64,000 nt of DNA, taken from contig NW_026250454.1 of assembly GCF_024521635.1 (NCBI RefSeq), positions 1 through 64,000 of the forward strand, given 5' to 3'. Origin of the DNA: Tricharina praecox. Taxonomy: Eukaryota. The notes under the pieces are model-generated. The model did no database searches. It had not been told where the DNA came from and saw only the letters and a list, made by a program, of their open reading frames with translations. Positions 26,040 to 38,194 of this stretch are shown piece after piece (position 1 is the stretch's first letter; every line of letters begins with the position of its first letter). Both the position numbers and the translations under genes were made by a program.

Positions 26040-26900
26040 AACGGAGCAGGCGGGCCTCGGGCATCGGCCGCCCTCCCCGCCCCTTCCCCTATCCCCGCTG
26101 CGATCACCGCCGGCTATTCACTAATTATTCACTAGCGCAGGGTCCCTAGCAAGGTCCGACCTCGTTTCTTTTGGACGCCCGACCGACGACGCCCGACCCC
26201 GACCGACCCCGACCGACCGGCCGAAGCGAGATGTCACACCCACCACTTTGGGAATTAGACAGGGGCCTTCTGGGTATATGTATGATATGGTATGGTATGA
26301 AAACGAAATAAAATGAAACACCAACAATGGCACCTTCCTTACGTTTCGTCTCGTTGCGGTGCGGTGATTTTGGCTGTTGGAGGAGGCGGAGCTGAGGGAT
26401 GTTTTCACGACGCACATCAATTATTTGTTTCTGCTCAAGGAGGGAATTCGTTTCTCTGTGGATTTCCAGGGGCTAGAGCGGCGAAGCTTCGAAGGGGCCC
26501 GTGCCGCAAAAAACGGAAAACGCAAAACCGCAAACCCAAGGAAGTGATTGGCTCGGTTCCGTGCACGGGGACGGGGGTGTGCGGTGGGTGTGCGGTCTGC
26601 AGTGCATGGTCCCCAGGAATTGAAAAACCAATAACGGATGGGGATGAGGATGAGAGGGAAGGAAGACAGGGCCGTTTAAGGGTTCGCGTGGGAGGGTGTG
26701 AAGGTTGAGGTTGATATGGGTTCTATGGGTTGTACGGGTGGAATGGGAATGGGGGCTCATGGCAGAAGGGCCGGAGAATGAGGGGGTGAATTGAGTTCTC
26801 GCGTGCGCAGTTCTTGTGTTTGGCTAGAGTAGAGATGGATCTTCTGCACGAGCAAGGGGAGCTGGCGAGGGGAAGGGGCGAGTGGGTGCCTGATGTGATG
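26040..26900 (-). ncRNA. Candidate structured long ncRNA, possibly telomerase RNA
   Basis: 13-bp perfect end-to-end helix (26868-26880 / 26078-26090); ~25-bp helix with 5 G-U pairs (26499-26527 / 26337-26364); H-type pseudoknot with U-rich loop and A-rich strand (26159-26323). No credible ORF. No canonical template or CR4/5 seen. Confidence 0.35.
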
Positions 26901-27487
26901 AGCTTGCCAGCATCGCGATTGTGAATGCGCGTGAAGGATTTGATGACGATGTGGAATTATAGATGGTAGGAGGAATCCAGAGACAGGAAGAAGAACGAGA
27001 AGAATGCAGGAAGGGGAAAAGGGACCACAAGACTAAAGCCAAAACTGTTGGTTGAAGTTTCACAGACAACGGAAGTACCCATGGGTCGAAAGAGGGCACG
27101 GTAGTTATCATTTGCTGTCCATTTGCGTAGTGTAGTTACGGTGGAAGGTACCCTCCAACCAACCAACTATCTCCTATTCCATCCTCATCTCCATCGCAAC
27201 TCACCTCACACCTTCACTCTTGAATTAACCCCCGTTAACCACTGTACCGCGAACTTTTTCGATTCCGCACGCACGCTCGTTTACACAATCGTTTCGTCCC
27301 ATACGCGTTCCATTTACACAGCAGTCGACTACTCTGGTTGCTATACTATACACCCCCGAATCCCCACCGAACCGACGTACGAAACGCAACGAACGAACTC
27401 ACACAGGGTCCCACATACTGCCCACCCCGACCACGCAGCTCTCGCTGACCACCGCCCGTCCAGCCCTACAGTCAATGAACTAACTCG

Positions 27488-30400
27488 ATGCCGTGGACAC
27501 CGCTTCCACGCATCGCCTTCGCGATCGCGACGTACCCGTTCAACCCATCGACGCGCGACGACCTCCCGCTCGAGCTTGGCGATGAGCTGTACATAATCGA
27601 GCAGTGCGCGTCGGGGCAATGGTTCCGCGGGTATCTTGTCGCGCCGCCGTCGCTGCTCGCGGGACTGACGAGCACAAAGGGCGCCACGCTTGAGGCCCGC
27701 GTGTTCTCCGGCATCTTCCCGGCCGCGTGCGTCGACGTCAAGGAGTTCTTGACCACGGAGGTCCCCGCTGCGGAGGGGATGGTGGAGGATGAGGAGGAGG
27801 AGGGGGATATGGAGGACGAGGATCCGGACCAGGCGGCGGAGGTGGATAGAGCCCGGGAGCTGAAGCGCAACCGCAGCAGGAAGAAACGGGACTCGCTCAT
27901 GCGCGGTGGTGGGAGTAGGTCTGGTCATAGGAGTAGGAACCCTGACCGGCCGCGGCCCGCCGCGCCGGTGCCCATGCTCAAGGTCGGCGATGAAACTAGC
28001 AGCTATGAGGGAGAGCCACTGGTCGACGAGATAGCAAGTTGTCTCCGCGAGTGGCATGCGGCGAATCTGCACGAGCTCCTGCTCGGACGGCAGTACCCGC
28101 TGCTGGACGAGTTCTCGGCGCTGGTCCAGCAGCTGGACCTGTCACGAAGGCAGCTGCTGAATGATGTGCTTACTAGGCAGGAGTTGGTGCGCACGAGGGA
28201 GGACACCGTGTGGAGGCTCGTCAAGGGGAATAAGTTGCTGGGGAGGGAGATCATCGTGCGGGATCCGGTCACAGGGAGGATACTCACGGGAGAGGACTCG
28301 AGTGTCGAGATCACCCAGCTGCAGAGCGTCATGTCGCTGCTCGACGAGCCGCCGAGGATGAAGGAGGATGGCGCGGTGAGGAGGAATCATCTGCAGCTCG
28401 AACACCGCGGATTCATTGGGGGCAATGGCAACACCGAACCCACCACGATCGTCTACTACCTCGCCACGAAAGCCAACAAGCCCGTCTCGGAGTCCCTGAT
28501 CGTCGAACTCGATGCGAGCGGCAAGCCGATCGACCAAGCGGCGAGGCTGATGGCCTTGTTCACCGATATATCGGCGAGGGATGCCGAGGATTTGTTTCTC
28601 GTTGCGAGAGTCTACACCAACGGCAGCATGGCGTGCGCGGGGCCGAACGCGGGGAGTAGCAGCAGTGGCAGCAGCTCCAAGTCGAACGCAAGTGGAGTCG
28701 ACGGCGGAATGGCCAAGGCGATCAATCACCACCACGCACGGGTTGCATCGCCTACCCGCGAGGAGAAGAAATTGAAGGGACGTGTCAGTGTGCTGTTCAA
28801 TCCCAGGCCGAAAACGCCGGGGAAGGAAAACGACATTAGAGTGAAGTCGGCAGGAAAGTCCGGCAGTTCGCGGCGAGATCACGATAGCACCCCGTCGAGT
28901 CCTGCGTCGTCGGCAGGTGGCTATACCCCGCCCATCCCCGCGATGCCCCAGTTGAAGCCTAAGATGGTGGAATTCAAGAAGGCAATCGGCGTCGGCGTGC
29001 TGGATATTGGCAGGTTCATCAAGCAGGACCAAGGCGCCGAGCAGGTGATGCACATCTTCATCCCTCAGCGGCCGACCACCACCGACGGCGCCGGCAAGGG
29101 TTCCGTGCGCGACAAGAACAACAGCAGCAGCACCCCCGAGTCGATCGATGACTGGGACCGGCTGGTGCGCGATGTGATCGAGGCACGCACCAAGAGTCCC
29201 TCCGTCCCCGAGCCGATGCTGGGCTCCAACTACCGCAAGTCCTCAGCGGCATCCGACATGCGACTGCCGCACGAGAAGAACGCACGAGCCGACAAACTGC
29301 AGATATACATGAAGCCGTTCCCGGCTCCGGACGCGGAGGAGCTCATCCGCAGCATGCCAACCGTGTTCCACCAAGTCACGCCCACACGCAAGATCGGCTT
29401 CACCGGCGCGCCCACCAAGCCCCGCAGCGACATCTACATCACGCTCTCGTCACTGACTCTCCCGCGGCACGCCGTATTCGTACACCCCAAGATCGGCTCG
29501 ACGCCGTTGCCCCCGTGGTCGCAGTTCGGTCAGCTACAGCTATCGATGGAAGTGCGGCGGAATTCGGGCGAGAAGATTGGCAACGTCATCTTCCCATCGG
29601 CGAACTCGCCCGGCCTGACGATATGGAAATCGGCGACGATATCCTCGAGGGACGAGACGTGGAGCCAGACCGTGCGGCTGTCGCTGAGGGAAGAAGACGT
29701 GCCTGATGCGCATGTGTTCCTCTCGCTCTCGGGGATTCCGAACCCGCCAGCGGCGATGGCGTGGTTCCCGCTGTGGAATAAGGGCTCGTTCCTGAAGGAT
29801 GGAGAGCACGAGCTGGTGCTGCAGAAGTACGACGAGGATACGGCGCTGCCGTTCGGGAATGGGTCGCTGGGGAGCGGGTACATCGCTACGCCGTGGATTC
29901 CCGATCCCAGTGGATGGGCGGCGGCCCTGGCCATGGGCGGCGCGCCTTCGCACATCAAAGTCAAGAGTTTCCTCTGCAGCACAGTGTTCTCGCAGGACGA
30001 TGTTCTGCTGTCGTTGCTGCGATGGAAGGAACTCGCGCAGACGGAGCTCATCGACTGCCTCCGCAAGGTTGTCTTTGTGCCGGAGATGGAGATCGTCAAG
30101 CTGCTGCGTGAGGTATTCGACGCGCTCTTCGAGGTGCTTGTTGAGAACACGTCAAAGGCCGAGATCGAGGACCTGGTGTTCAACGCCGTCGTCACCGTAC
30201 TTGGCATCGTCAACGACCGCAGATTCAACATGGAGCCGATCGTCGACGAATACATCCACACGCTCTTCGACTACCCGTTCGCGGCGCCGTGTCTGCTGCG
30301 CTCGTTCACGCGCCTGCTCAACGACCCGTCGCATATCGACAACTCGGTGCGGCTGCGCGCCGCGTTCAAGGTCGGCAAGCACATGTTCCACTTCATCGTC

Positions 30401-33400
30401 AAGGCGCGCGAGAAGCAGGTGCTCAAGGAGAAGAGCATCGGTATCAACGGATCCCAGTCGTTCACCAAAGATCTCCGCGGCGTGTTCAAGCTGCTCGAGA
30501 ACTTGATGCAGAGCGCTGATCCGCGATTGGTCGGCTCACAGACGCTGGCTGTCCAACATTTCCATCAGTGGCTGCCGGAGCTGGTCGGTGTGCTGACGCA
30601 GGAGGATATTCTACTCGTCGCTATCGACTTTATGGACTCGTGTCTCAATGTCAAGGGGAAGCTGGTGCTGTACAAGCTGGTGCTGATCGTTAACTACTCG
30701 CGAAGCCAACTATTTTCGCTACCGGAGGATCGCCGCGCGTTGACGGTGAACACTGTTCGGTGGCTGGAGCCGCATTGGGGGAGGACGTATGAGGTCACAA
30801 CTCAATGGCGGGAGCAGGTGCGGCTATGCTGCAGCGTCATCGCGGAACAGGTCGAGGAGCTCGCCGAGGAGGTGTCGGAGTACATCCCCAAGATTGTGGA
30901 TTCGTACCGGATCATACAGGCGCACGGACATGGGGAACGGGACTCTTTCAGTCTGCTCTTCCCGAAGACATATCCGTTCCCGTCGAAGCCGCTGCCGCTG
31001 ACAGAAGGTTCCGGTCCGGTGTTCGACGAAGCGCTGATCGAGCTCTCGGCGATCCTGGCGGCGATGTCGAGTATCCCCACGAGTCTGCACCTGGTCCTGC
31101 TAGAGGACGACCTCGCCACGCTGCTAATGGACGTGCTGAAGGTGCACATGAGCATCCTCAAGTGCGAGGCGTTCCCCGAGTCGTGGCTCAGCGTGCACAT
31201 CTACCAGCATAAGAGCACCATGCGCACGCTCGAAAATCTTGCGGGGATCCTGGTCGACTCGTTCCTGCCCGATCCCGACGACGCCGATAGGTTCAACATG
31301 GACTTGTGGCAGGCGTTCTTTTCCACGCTGCTGACGCTCGTCGGCAGTGATGCCCTCGCCCTGGAGACGTTTCCCGAGCAGAAGCGCCGCGCCGTGTGGA
31401 AAGTTGCCGGGGACGTGCGCGAGGTCGGCGCTGATCTGTTGAGAAGGACGTGGGAGGCGATTGGGTGGGAGACGAGCTCCGATGATAAGAGGAGGTTTGC
31501 GATCGAGAAGATGGGCGGGTATCAGGTGCAGTATGTGCCAGGCCTTGTAGCGCCGATCGTCGAGTTGTGCTTGAGTGTCCACGAGGGCCTCCGCAGTGTC
31601 GCCGTCGAGGTGCTTCAAACCATGGTCGTCAGCGAGTGGACCCTTAGTCAGGATCTCAGCGTGATTCAGGCAGAGATGATTGATGTTTGTTTTTCCGCAC
31701 TTCTATGGGGTGTCCGTGAAGTGGGTGTGTGCTGGGCTGATGAAATCTGCAGAGTCTCGACCGCCTGTTCAAGAGTAAGCGTTTGACCGAGAGCATCACG
31801 CAGAAACTGTTCATTGCCGATCTCATCGAGCTGTTTAAGCCACTCTCGTTGATTCCCGAGGACCCGCTCTCGGAGACGGTGGGTGTGCTGCTCAGGACAG
31901 TCGACGAGTTCTTGGATCTCCTCGTCGCCGTGCATAACACGCCGCTCGGCGAGGCTTACCATATCATGGACACCCTGCGACTAATGGATTTCCTCAAGGA
32001 TATGCGCAAGGAGGATATGTTTATCCGCTACGTCCACCAGCTGGTCAATGTGCAGCTGCAATCCAACAACCTCGTCGAAGCGGCGCTGTCGCTGAAACTA
32101 CACGCGGATCTCTACACGTGGGATGTGCACGAGCGCGTGCCCGCTCTCACGGACCCGAAGTTCCCGGAACAGACGGCGTTCGAGCGGCGAGAGCAGTTGT
32201 TCTTGGAGATGATTGGTTACTTCGAGGACGGCCGCAGCTGGGAGCTGGCATTGGACACGTACCGCGAGCTCGCGGATAACTACGAGCACACGGTGTTTGA
32301 ATACACGAAACTGGCGCGCTGCTATCGGGCCATGGCGAAGCTGCAGGAGTCGATCCTTGAGGGCAACAAGAGCGAGCCCCGGTTCTACCGCGTTGCCTAC
32401 TACGGAATGGGATTCCCCGTCGGACTGCGGGAGAGGCAGTTTGTCGTGCAGGCGGGGCCGTACGAGGGCGTGCAAATGTTTGCGGACCGCATGCTCATGC
32501 AGCATCCGGCGGCAAGACTCGTCGATGATCATGTCGACAGCGTCGAGGGGCAGTTCATCCACATCCTTCCCGTCACCCCGGAGATCAACTATGCGATCCC
32601 GGCGTACCGCAAGCAGCGCGTGCCAGCCAATGTCAGGGACTACCTCACCAAGCGCGGCATCAGGGCGTTCAGCATCGCGCACCAGCCCGAGGAGAACACG
32701 GCGGAGGATGCGTGGACCGAGAAGACGGTGTTCATCACGGTCGAGCCGTTCCCGGCGATCCTGAAACGGTCCGAAGTGCTCGACTCGGTCATTGTGGGTG
32801 TGTCCCCTGTCGAGCGCGCGATCGAAGAGGTTCTCCGCCGCACACGCGAACTGCAGGAGCTCGATCATAAGTACGCCGAACAGAAGATCGCTGATGTCTC
32901 GCCGTTCTCGATATGCCTCACCAACGCTGTCGATGCGAATAAGAGCGTCGCTAACTACAGGAACCTGCTCGAGGAACACGAGACCAAGGAGGAGCTGAGG
33001 GAGTCGCTGAGAACAGTGTTGGCCGAGCATGTGGCCATCATTAAGAAGGCGTTGAGCACGCACGCCCGCATCGTTCCTGACAACCTCCGGTCAGTGCAGG
33101 CTAACTGCTCGAAAGCGTTCGAGGCGACTTTCCGACGTGAATTAGCGGAAGCCAGTCCACCACCTCTCGCCGTGCCCTCGGTGCCCCCAGGGCAATGGAA
33201 ACCGCAAGCCACCACTACCTCCTCGCAGCAGCAATCAGTGCACGAAGCGACATCCGCGCAGATCCACAAACTAGAGCACCACCCAACACCGCTGACCGCA
33301 CCCCCACCACAAGTCCGCCTCAACCGCAGCATGTCCGTCCGCTCAGAAGCGAACACGGAGAAGTCCGCGTCCACCGGCCGCAGGCTCACCAGCATGATCT

Positions 33401-33795
33401 TTGGCAACGGCGGCGCAAAGGAAGTCATGGTGTCCTACCGCCCAGCTATGCCGCCGATGCCGGCGGGACATCCGCCGCCGCCCCCGCCACCGCCCCCGCC
33501 CGAGTCGCTGAGGTCGGTGTCTACCTCTAGATCTAGAAGCAATAGTGTCTCCACCAGCCGCAGCAGGAAGAGCTCCAAGAGCGCAGGTCCGGCGCGCGGC
33601 CGCGAGAGCTTGGATGAGCGCGACAGGCCGAAGACCGCCGGCAGGTTCGAGAAGGGCATGGGGAACGTGAAGCGGCGGTGGAGCGCGCTGCACCTAGTGC
33701 CTAATGGCGCGGCGAAGAGGGAGGGGAAGCGGGATAGGAGCAGGGGGAATGGCGGGAGCGATATGGGGAGTACGCTGGAGGAGGATGAGGATTGA
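27488..33795 (+). CDS. DCK1: DOCK-family Rac GEF (SH3, C2/DHR-1, DHR-2), ~2079 aa; join(27488..31684,31753..33795)
   Basis: N-terminal SH3 (AIATYPF...DLPLELGDELYIIE...WFRGY...GIFP); DEIASCLREW; PRSDIYIT (DHR-1 start); DHR-2 motifs YVHQL, EAALSLKLHADLY, RFYRVAYYGMGFP, TEKTVF, SPVERA. Intron 31685-31752 restores frame. Confidence 0.95.
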
Positions 33796-35125
33796 GTATT
33801 GAAGCAGATATGTATGCGATAGGTGTTTTGTTTTGTTTTGTTTTGTTTAACTTTGCTTTGTGTTGCTTGCTTTGGCATTAAAGGATTGCTGGCGCGTTTC
33901 TTTTATTATTATTTGTTATCTTATTTCTGTCACTTCGGCTGGCATAGGGATTGGGGGCGGGCGGGGGAGTGGGAGGGGGTTGTTTCCTTGCGTTTGTGTT
34001 TTGTTGAATCTTTGATACCTTGCCTGGCTGGCAGTTTCCTATTTCTTTTCTACATTTTTCTCCATTACTTACCTTTACTTTACTTATCCCCACTTCCTAT
34101 TCCTTTTCCTTTTCACAAAAAGTTCATATTTTTATTTATCTTTTAACCCGAGTACTTAGTGTTTATTCTTATTTTTCTTTCTCTTCTTTTCTTTCTCGAT
34201 TTCAATACTTCGATTCGCTCCTTTGTTTACTTTACCTATTCCATTTTCCTTATTATCTTTATTGTGGGTTACAGTTACAGTTATATAGCGATTCTAGTTA
34301 CTCTTTGGGGGCGCAGAGGGCGTGTATGGTATGGTGTACGGGGAGGGCGCAGAGGTCTGAGGGTGTATGGGAAGAGCGAGAGAAGGGAAGCGAAAGAAAC
34401 TGGATTTTCTTCAAGATCGTGGGCACTAGAGTGTATGTAGGATGGGGAGGGTGAGGAGAGAATGAATAAAGAACATAGAAGGCTGTTTTACCTACTCATA
34501 TGTGTGTGCATGTGCCTGTGCCTGTGGATGGAGAGGGTGAAGGGTGGACGGTGGACGGTGGGTGGGTGAACTGACGTGCTCGAGGATGAGGACCAGGAAA
34601 AGGACAAAGGACGGGGAATAGACGGGGAGAAGGGAGAAGATAGAACGGGGATGGAGCGGGGATGGAGCGGGGATGGAGCGGGGATGGAATGGTGATTTGA
34701 GGAGACTGTGTAATACGATCATAGATGCGATAGTACAGTACATACGAATAGAGCGTCGAGGTTGCCCTATCTAAGGTACCTATCTCCTGTGGCTTCTGGC
34801 AAGTGGTCTCAACGATACCGTACCGAACAGCTATACTAGTATGGTCTTTGTTTTGCTTTTGCTTTGCGTTTAGTTTCGTATTGTACTCGACTGATCTCGC
34901 GGCCATGGTACATAAGACTGTCCACATACCACCTCGACTCCGGAATTGAATATGAAGGAAGGTGCATCAACGGGTCAAGCGCCGCCCACCCCCTCCCACC
35001 GTCTCATGAATGGTGGGACTACGTAGGACTCGAAGGAGATGAGATTGATATGAAATTGAGGTGTTCAACCGTCCGTCATGATGGGCAAACGGGCGAGTGC
35101 GGAATGATGGAACAAAATTAAAATA

Positions 35126-35777
35126 CGGCTTTTTACCCTCGTGGACCCCTCCAGCGCTGAAATTACGCCCATGTACCCCCATTACCTCGATGTACTCCAC
35201 ACAAAACTTTATAATTAAAGTACAGTAATTGTTTACCACAACAAAACAGATTTATTTCTCCACCACCACCAAAGACCAGATTTTAGGTCAATTAAAGTAC
35301 GGCAATTCTTCACCACAACAAAATTCATTTCTCAATCACTAAATATTCCTTTTGTCTGCAAGCCACCATTGACCAAGATACCGCGGGGTAGACCGGCAAA
35401 AAAAGCGAGTACAGAAGGGCGACATGCGGAGGAAGGAGTACACTCCTAGCAATGGTGGACTTAGTCGGCCGGACGTGCCTAATAAACCTCCGCCACGCTG
35501 CAGCATCTGCACGGGTGTTGGCTACTATGCGCCTAAATGTAGGCAGCCACATAGGTAAGCAATTACTGAATAAACCGAAAAATAGGCAGCTACATAGGTG
35601 GTTCTACTGGGTAGAACTACAATCTGGCTTTTGGTGGTGGTGGAGGAATAAATCTGTTTTGTTGTGGTAAACAATTACCGTACTTTAATTATAAAGTTTT
35701 ATGTGAGGTACATAGAGGTAAGGGGGGTATATGGGCGCAATTTCAGCGCTGGAGGGGTCCACGAGGGTAAAAAGCCG
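35126..35777. mobile_element. Non-autonomous Mutator-like element (MITE), 652 bp, ~160-bp TIRs, 9-bp TSD ATTAAAATA
   Basis: Left cggctttttaccctcgtggacccctccagcgctgaaatt is the exact reverse complement of the right end. TSD at 35117-35125 and 35778-35786. Long TIRs with a 9-bp TSD are typical of MULEs. Confidence 0.93.
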
Positions 35778-37458
35778 ATTAAAATATTGTAAGAAGTAGC
35801 GAGTGATGGTATGTGAGCGGCTGTCGGCTGCTGTTAGTGGGTCGGAGCAAGCGGGATTGGGTGGCGCGGAGTCTTTATTTTTGTCACAGCGGATGTGAGC
35901 GCAAGAGAGAGAGAGAGTTGATGCTTATCCCATGGATCGTAACGCGCTGAAGTTCCAAAATCGCCTCAGAAATAGCCACTCCTCCACCCACCCAGTGGAA
36001 CCACCAACACTCCGGATTAGGGCTGTGACTAGATAGAGTTATTCTTTAATACTAATGAAGGGTTCAAATCATCTGATAATTGTTTAAGGCACACTTTCTA
36101 CTCAGAATTACAAGTTCACGTCATTATCACAACTTTGCACGAGAAGTACTGGCCCACCAACACATGAAATCTTGCCCTCAACCCCTAGAATTCATACAAT
36201 ATGATGCAGCCGCATCTGAGATTGCTGTGACGTAGCGGTGTCCCCAGGACTTACGCGATCATTGGATTTTGGGCGCAAATGTTGACATGTTCTCCTCCTC
36301 TCAAGAAGAGGCAGATTTTTGTCCGGCGGTCTATGCCATCAAAACTATGGTCGCAAAGGGAGGTTTTATGCTCAATTACCTTTCGTAGCAAGATGAAAGA
36401 TTATATGATACTATTAGAGGTAAATATGGAAGAATGAAAATGGCGACTACTCGGGGCATTGAATTTTGCGAAGAATGTAGACACCTGGACCGCTTCTATG
36501 GCGTCCCACAACAGGGCAGCTGGCGATGTGACGCTTGGAATACGATAGAGTAGTGTTGTAGAACACATTTGGTGAAATCTGGGCTTCCGGGACTGGTTTT
36601 GAGACGGCAGGAGTGTGATTTATGTTTCTGCCAGGTTTGAGCGAGTGATATATTATGCGGCAGCATTTATTCATCGATGCTTTGTCTTTTAAAGAGTTGG
36701 TGACAGTCAAGGGCTTTTAATATACCACGTCTTTGTGCTCTGAGGTGGCCATTATGTAGATGACGATTTCCGCGCTGAACAAGGCAGGTTTGTATCCGAA
36801 ATTTCGGCTTGCCAGATGGTGAAGATCCCTCACGCGTCTTCACCTTTATAATGTCAACCACAAGCGTGAAATTTTCCAAATTTCATTAAATCGTAGCCCA
36901 GAGCCAAGAAAACAACTCTCTTCGCCAATTCTTTGGACTTATATGGCCTACTTTTGGAGATGTTCCGGGTTGAGTAGATTCGCGTACTTATTTTGGAATT
37001 CTAGGTCTAAACTTGCGATCCGTCGGATAGTAGATACAGATGAGAGTGAACGGGCAAAAGAGAGTTTATAAGGAGATACAAAGACAAATCCCGTCATTTA
37101 CGTCTTCCAAGATCATGCCATGATATCTCACATAATGATATCACTAGGTACATATTCGATTATTGAGTCGATCATTGAGTCGATCGTTAGGTCGATCATC
37201 GACGTCACTCGCCCGCCCTGCTTCCTGCTCGAGGACATCCGACAGGATTCCTTCACCGACATTTATCGGTATGGTACCTATGCGATCACGCTGGTCTCGC
37301 GTAACGATTGTGCAGCTATTGCTTGGGAAGAGAAGTATTCGGGGGAAATGGGGTTGTCCGGCGAGGCTGGGATCAGTGTAGGTATTATAGTAAACCCCTC
37401 CTGAGCATCCCCGTATCCCCCATCCCCCATCGTCATGACCGCACAGGGTATCTGCGAT

Positions 37459-38194
37459 CTAATGGGCCTTCTTCCCCTCCGCCTGCAGCCGTCTAACCTC
37501 TCCATCGAAGCGCTTAACACTGCCGATGCCCTCGATGAACGTAGCCGCAATCCACTTCCACCACAGCGCCGATCCCGTGAAAACGCTATGCTTCGGCAGC
37601 CGCGTGTTCTGCATCCACACACACTCGGCCACATGGATCGCCAGAATGCCGCAAAAGAAGACCTTGCAGTATCCCGCAAGCACTGCCGCGACCGCGTCGA
37701 GGCCGCCCATGAAGATGTACCTACAATCCATCAGCCAGCTGAACACACACTTATCGTTGTTGGGGGGTGACAAACTCCCTCACAAACCCGCCGCGGGCAA
37801 ACTGCACGGCACCATTCCAGAACGACCAATAGCCAAAGCAGACGGCGGCGGAGACGACCGCGCCTAGGGGACCGGGGGGCACCCATCTAGTGACGGTATA
37901 CCTCGATCTGCCCAAGCCCTCCATCGCCTCGTGCGCGAGGGCGACAAGCCGCTCGCGGCTCTCGCCCAGATCCGCCATAGGCGGGTGCAAAGGGATGTTG
38001 ACGGTGCTCGTGGCGCCGTGTGCGGACGTGATTGTCAGTGTGAGCTTCTCGGTGCTGACAGAGGTCAGCGTTGCGGTCCGCGCTAGCGAGGACGGCAGCC
38101 GCGCGAAGAATAATGCGTAGTCGTGGATGCTGGAGGAGTGCTGCGCATTCATGTGCGCGCAGATGCGCTCCGAAGGGGATTTTTCGGCGGCCAT
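37459..38194 (-). CDS. DUF2470-domain integral membrane protein; complement(join(37459..37720,37776..38194))
   Basis: RICAHMNAQH motif and IPLHPPM...SRERLV typical of DUF2470; C-terminal hydrophobic segments with IHVAE...RLPKH...WWKW...FIEG; intron 37721-37775 (GTTTGT...GCTGAT...TAG) restores frame. Confidence 0.85.

Noticed and set aside
28142..33063. Long antisense ORFs (243-321 aa) opposite DCK1, and similar ones opposite FBP26, PXA2 and the OYE gene
   Set aside because: Expected shadows of GC3-rich coding sequence; no motifs.
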